DNA from: an uncultured Chloroflexia bacterium
Lineage (GTDB): Bacteria > Chloroflexota > Limnocylindria > Limnocylindrales > CSP1-4
Assembly: GCA_963713975.1 (NCBI GenBank)
Contig: OY970218.1
Location: forward strand, 3,560,742 to 3,624,741
Direction: 5' to 3'
DNA length: 64,000 nt
The notes under the pieces were generated by a model. The model was not told the DNA's origin. It saw only the letters and a program-made list of their open reading frames with translations, and made no database searches. Below, piece after piece: positions 58,860 through 64,000 of this stretch. Position 1 is the first letter of the stretch, and each line of letters starts with the position of its first letter. A program made the translations under genes and the position numbers.

Positions 58860-60057
58860 TTACTCGATGATGCTGGTGATCGCGCCGGCGCCGACGGTGC
58901 GGCCACCCTCGCGGATCGCGAAGCGCTGGCCGACCTCGAGGGCGATCGGGGTGATCAGCTCGACGGTCATGTCGACGTTGTCGCCGGGCATGATCATCTC
59001 GGCCCCGTCGGGGAGGCCGATGGACCCGGTGACGTCGGTGGTGCGCAGGTAGAACTGCGGCCGGTACCCGTTGTAGAACGGGGTGTGGCGGCCGCCCTCC
59101 TCCTTGGTCAGCACGTAGACCCGGGCGATGAACTTGGTGTGCGGCTTGACCGAGCCCGCCTTGGCCAGGACCTGGCCGCGCTCGATGTCGTCGCGCTCGA
59201 TGCCCCGCAGGAGGCAGCCGACGTTGTCGCCGGCCTGGCCCTGGTCGAGCAGCTTCTTGAACATCTCGACGCCGGTCACGACCACCTTGCGGGTGTCGTG
59301 GATGCCGACGATCTCGATCTCCTCGCCGACCTTGATCACGCCGCGCTCGATGCGCCCGGTCGCGACCGTGCCGCGGCCCTTGATGCCGAACACGTCCTCG
59401 ACCGGCATGAGGAACGGCTTGTCGACCGCGCGGATCGGGTTGGGGATGTAGGAGTCGACCGCGTCGATCAGCTCCTGGATGAGGACGTAGGCCGGGTCGG
59501 CCACGTCGGCGCCCGCCTCGAGGGCCTTGAGCGCCGAGCCGCGGATGACGGGGATGTCGTCACCCGGGAAGTGGTTCTTGGTCAGCAGCTCGCGGACCTC
59601 GAGCTCGACGAGGTCGAGCAGCTCGGGGTCGTCGACCATGTCGCACTTGTTGAGGAAGACGACGATGTACGGCACCTCGACCTGGCGGGCCAGGAGGATG
59701 TGCTCGCGGGTCTGGGGCATCGGGCCGTCGGTGGCCGCGACCACGAGGATCGCGCCGTCCATCTGGGCGGCCCCGGTGATCATGTTCTTGATGTAGTCGG
59801 CGTGCCCGGGGCAGTCGACGTGCGCGTAGTGGCGCGCGCCTCGGTCTCGTACTCGACGTGGGCGATCGCGATCGTGATGCCGCGCTCGCGCTCCTCGGGC
59901 GCGTTGTCGATCGTGTCGAACGCGCGGTACTCCGCCCGCCCTTGAGGGCGAGGTACTTGGTGATCGCGGCCGTGAGCGACGTCTTGCCGTGGTCGATGTG
60001 GCCGATCGTGCCGACGTTGACGTGCGGCTTCGTGCGCTCGAACTTCTTCTTGGCCAT
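58860..60057 (-). CDS. tuf: Elongation factor Tu (two apparent indels near 59835 and 59935, probably sequencing errors)
   Basis: [48 protein letters not shown] recovered across frames. Confidence 0.93.
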
Positions 60058-60107
60058 CCGGCTGGACTCCCGTACTGCTCGCTCGCGCTGGGGCGAGCCG
60101 ACCCTTC

Positions 60108-62186
60108 TTAGACCTTCGACTTGGCGATGAGCTCGGCCGCGAGGTTCGGGGGAACCTCGGCGTAGTGGCTGAGCTCCATGGAATAGCTGGCCCGACCCTG
60201 GGTCATGGACCGCAGGTCGGTGGCGTACCCGAACATCTCGGCGAGCGGGACGGCCGAGCGGACGACCTGGGTCGAGCCGCGGGGGTCCATGCCCTCGATC
60301 TGTCCACGCCGGCTGTTGAGGTCGCCGATGACGTCGCCCATGAACTCCTCGGGCATCGTCACCTCGACCCGCATCATCGGCTCGAGCACGACCGGGCTGG
60401 CCTTGGCGACCGCGTCCTTGATCGCCATGGAACCGGCGATCTTGAACGCCATCTCCGACGAGTCCACCTCGTGGTACGACCCGTCGATCAGCGTCACCTT
60501 GACGTCGACCATCGGCACGCTTCGCGTAGATGCCCGAGTCGAGCGTCTCGCGAATGCCCATGTCGATCGGCTTGATGTACTCGCGCGGGATCGTGGCGCC
60601 GACGATCTTGTCCACGAACTCGTAGCCGCCGCCCTTCGGGAGGGGCTCGACCCGGATGACGGCGTGGCCGTACTGGCCCTTGCCGCCGGTCTGGCGGACG
60701 AACCGTCCGTTGCCCTGCGCGGCCTTGCGGATCGTCTCGCGGTAGGCGACCTGCGGCTTGCCGACGTTGGCCGCCACCTTGAACTCGCGCACCATGCGGT
60801 CCACGAGGACGTCGAGGTGCAGCTCGCCCATGCCGGCGATCAGGGTCTGGCCCGACTCCTCGTCCGTCTTGACGCGGAAGGTCGGGTCCTCCTCGGCCAG
60901 GCGCTGGAGCGCGATGCCCAGCTTGTCCTGGTCGGCCTTGGTCTTGGGCTCGATGGCGACCTCGATGACCGGCTCCGGGAAGGTCATCGACTCCAGGATC
61001 ACCGGGTGGTCGGGATCCGTGAGCGTGTCGCCGGTGTAGGTGTCCTTGAGGCCGACGGCCGCGGCGATGTCGCCCGCGTACACGATGTCGATCTCTTCGC
61101 GGTGGTTCGCGTGCATCTGGAGGATGCGCCCGATCCGCTCCTTCTTGCCCTTCGTGGCGTTGAGCACGTAGGAGCCCGACTTGAGCGTCCCCGAGTAGAC
61201 CCGGAAGAAGGCCAGCTTCCCGACGAACGGGTCGGCGGCGATCTTGAAGGCGAGCGCGCTGAACGGCTCGTTGTCGTCCGGGCTCTTGAGGATCTCCACG
61301 TCGGTGCCCGGGCGGAGGCCGATCGTCGGCGGCACGTCGAGCGGCGACGGGAGGTAGTCCACCACCGCGTCGAGCATCGGCTGGACGCCCTTGTTCTTGA
61401 GCGCGGACCCGTTGAGGATCGGCACCCACTTGTACTGCAGGGTGGCGAGCCGGATGCCGTGCTTGATCTCGGCCTCGGTGAGCTCCTCGCCCTCGAGGTA
61501 CTTGTGGGCGAGCTCGTCGTCGACCTCGGCCACGGCCTCGAGCAGGCGCTCGCGGTGCTTGGCGGCCTCGTCGACGAGGTCCGCCGGGATCTCCGTCTCG
61601 TCGAAGGTGCTGCCGAGGTCGTCGCGCCAGACCAGGGCCTTCATGCGGACGAGGTCGACGACGCCCTCGTAGGTGCCCTCGATCCCGATCGGGATCTGGA
61701 TCGGCACCGGGCGTGACGCCGAGGCGGTCGCGGATCATGTCCACGTCGCGCCAGAAGTTGGCGCCCGTCCGGTCGAGCTTGTTGATGAAGCAGATCCGGG
61801 GCACGCCGTAGCGGTCCGCCTGGCGCCAGACGGTCTCGGACTGGGGCTCGACGCCGGCGACGCCGTCGAACACGACCACCGCTCCGTCGAGCACGCGCAG
61901 GCTCCGCTCGACTTCCATCGTGAAGTCCACGTGCCCGGGCGTATCGATGATGTTGATGCGGTGATCGTTCCACGCGCAGGTCGTAGCAGCGGCGGTGATC
62001 GTGATCCCGCGCTCCTGCTCCTGGGGCATCCAGTCCATGGTGGCCGCGCCCTCATGGACCTCACCGATCTTGTAGATCTTCTTCGTGTAGAAGAGGATCC
62101 GCTCGGTGACGGTGGTCTTGCCCGCGTCGATATGGGCGATGATTCCGATGTTCCGCGTTCGTGAGAAGCGGAACGGCTCGTGCCAC
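60108..62186 (-). CDS. fusA: Elongation factor G (three apparent indels near 62162, 61710 and 60520, probably sequencing errors)
   Basis: [51 protein letters not shown] recovered across frames. Confidence 0.93.
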
Positions 62187-62213
62187 GGTTGGTCTAGCTC
62201 CTCTGGGCTCGGA

Positions 62214-62678
62214 CTACCACTTGAAGTGGCTGAAGGCCTTGTTGGCCTCGGCCATCTTGTGGGTGTCCTCGCGCCGCTTCACCGCTGCGCCGAGGCCGTT
62301 CATGGCATCGACGAACTCCGCGGCGAGCTTCTCGCTCATGCTCTTGCCGTTGCGCTTGCGGGCGGCCTGGACGAGCCAGCGCACGCCGAGCGACATCCGG
62401 CGATCGCCCCGGATCTCGACCGGGACCTGGTAGGTGGCGCCACCGACACGACGGGGCTTGACCTCGATGATCGGCGTGGCGTTGCGCAGGGCGGCCTCGA
62501 GGACCTCGAGCCCCGGGCGCTTGGCCTGGAACTCGGCCCGGGCCAGGGCCTGGCGCAGGATGCGGTCCGACAGGGTCTGCTTCCCGTCGCGCATCAGCTT
62601 CGCGCGGAAGCGGTCCGTGACGCGGTGGGACTCGGCCTGGTACTTCGTCTTGCGGGCGATCGACTGGCGGCGCGGCAT
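62214..62678 (-). CDS. rpsG: 30S ribosomal protein S7
   Basis: [25 protein letters not shown]. Confidence 0.97.
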   Translation of the reverse strand: MPRRQSIARKTKYQAESHRVTDRFRAKLMRDGKQTLSDRILRQALARAEFQAKRPGLEVLEAALRNATPIIEVKPRRVGGATYQVPVEIRGDRRMSLGVRWLVQAARKRNGKSMSEKLAAEFVDAMNGLGAAVKRREDTHKMAEANKAFSHFKW

Positions 62679-62682
62679 CCTG

Positions 62683-63111
62683 CTACTTCTTCCCGATCGC
62701 TTGGGCGGCCTTGGCGCCGTACTTGCTGCGACCCTGCTTGCGATCCTTGACGCCCGCGGCGTCGAGGGTCCCGCGGATGATGTGGTACTTGACCGAGGGG
62801 AGGTCCTTCACCCGGCCGCCACGCACCAGGACCACGGAGTGCTCCTGGAGGTTGTGGCCGATGCCCGGGATGTAGGCGGTGACCTCCATCTGGTTCGTGA
62901 GCCGCACGCGCGCGATCTTCCGGAGGGCCGAGTTCGGCTTCTTCGGGGTCATCGTCCGGACCTGCAGGCAGACACCCCGCTTCTGGGGCGCGCCGGGGAT
63001 GGGCACCTGGCGCTGTCGCAGGCTGTTCCAGTTCTTGCGCAGCGCGGGAGCCTTGACCTTTGCGATCTTCGGCTTCCGCCCGTGGCGCACGAGCTGGCTG
63101 ATGGTCGGCAC
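62683..63111 (-). CDS. rpsL: 30S ribosomal protein S12
   Basis: (M)[39 protein letters not shown]; AAAGGAG RBS. Confidence 0.98.
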   Translation of the reverse strand: MPTISQLVRHGRKPKIAKVKAPALRKNWNSLRQRQVPIPGAPQKRGVCLQVRTMTPKKPNSALRKIARVRLTNQMEVTAYIPGIGHNLQEHSVVLVRGGRVKDLPSVKYHIIRGTLDAAGVKDRKQGRSKYGAKAAQAIGKK

Positions 63112-63266
63112 GGAGACGCGGCTCCTTTCGTGTTGTGTCTTGTCAGTAGTGGTCGATCCGGCGGGTCCGCCCGTACCGGGGGTCCGGTTGGGGACCGGTC
63201 GGAGCTCTCCGGGGACGGTTCCCGACGCACACGGCGATCGGGGCCCCTTCGAGGCCACGGCCGCGA

Positions 63267-63296
63267 AGTGTAGCAAGCGGCCGAATTGAGTGTCAA
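63267..63296 (-). promoter_or_regulatory. Sigma70-type promoter for the str/S10 superoperon
   Basis: TTGACA-N18-TACACT with extended -10 TG. Confidence 0.75.
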
Positions 63297-63322
63297 ACGC
63301 CCCGGGCGGTTGCCCGGGGCGT
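63295..63322 (-). terminator. Hairpin downstream of rpoC (probable terminator)
   Basis: ACGCCCCGGGC-AACC-GCCCGGGGCGT stem followed by TT on the minus strand. Confidence 0.55.
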
Positions 63323-63347
63323 CGGAGGTGGTCTGTCTGGGCCGGCG

Positions 63348-64000
<653 letters not shown>

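Noticed and set aside
59560-61707. Apparent EF-G/EF-Tu fusion ORF (715 aa)
   Set aside because: Created by indels; fusA has its own stop at 60108 and tuf its own ATG at 60057

Overview
Very GC-rich bacterial chromosome segment, probably Chloroflexota (Limnocylindria/Ellin6529-like; taxonomy is my inference from protein style and gene order, not a database result). Three blocks. (1) 1-16 kb: a large glycerol/dihydroxyacetone cluster with 3x DhaL, 2x DhaM-type EIIA, glpF, dhaK, glpK and glpABC, then a second GlpA-family flavoprotein followed directly by SdhB-, SdhC- and SdhD-like genes with no SdhA, then a PanE-like reductase, plsY and HPr. (2) 16-42 kb: mostly minus-strand housekeeping genes (argF, TPR, cdaA-cdaR-glmM-glmS-acpS-nnrD-alr, macrodomain, an orphan GlmL-like ASKHA protein plus partner, tsaE-tsaB-rimI-tsaD-rsmA-ispE-ridA-glmU, CNNM transporter, GGPP synthase, recO). 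(3) 42-64 kb: the contiguous rpoC-str-S10-spc-alpha-truA-rplM-rpsI supercluster; the last ~5.5 kb carries several indels in tuf, fusA and rpoC that are most likely sequencing errors. Best candidate for an undescribed system: a hybrid complex II-like oxidoreductase in which a GlpA-type flavoprotein replaces SdhA (11145-13914). Other notable signals: triple NPFL motifs in the RNA polymerase beta' tail, the orphan GlmL-like pair, many apparently leaderless genes, and a uORF coupled to glmU. No tRNA, rRNA, CRISPR or mobile element was seen.
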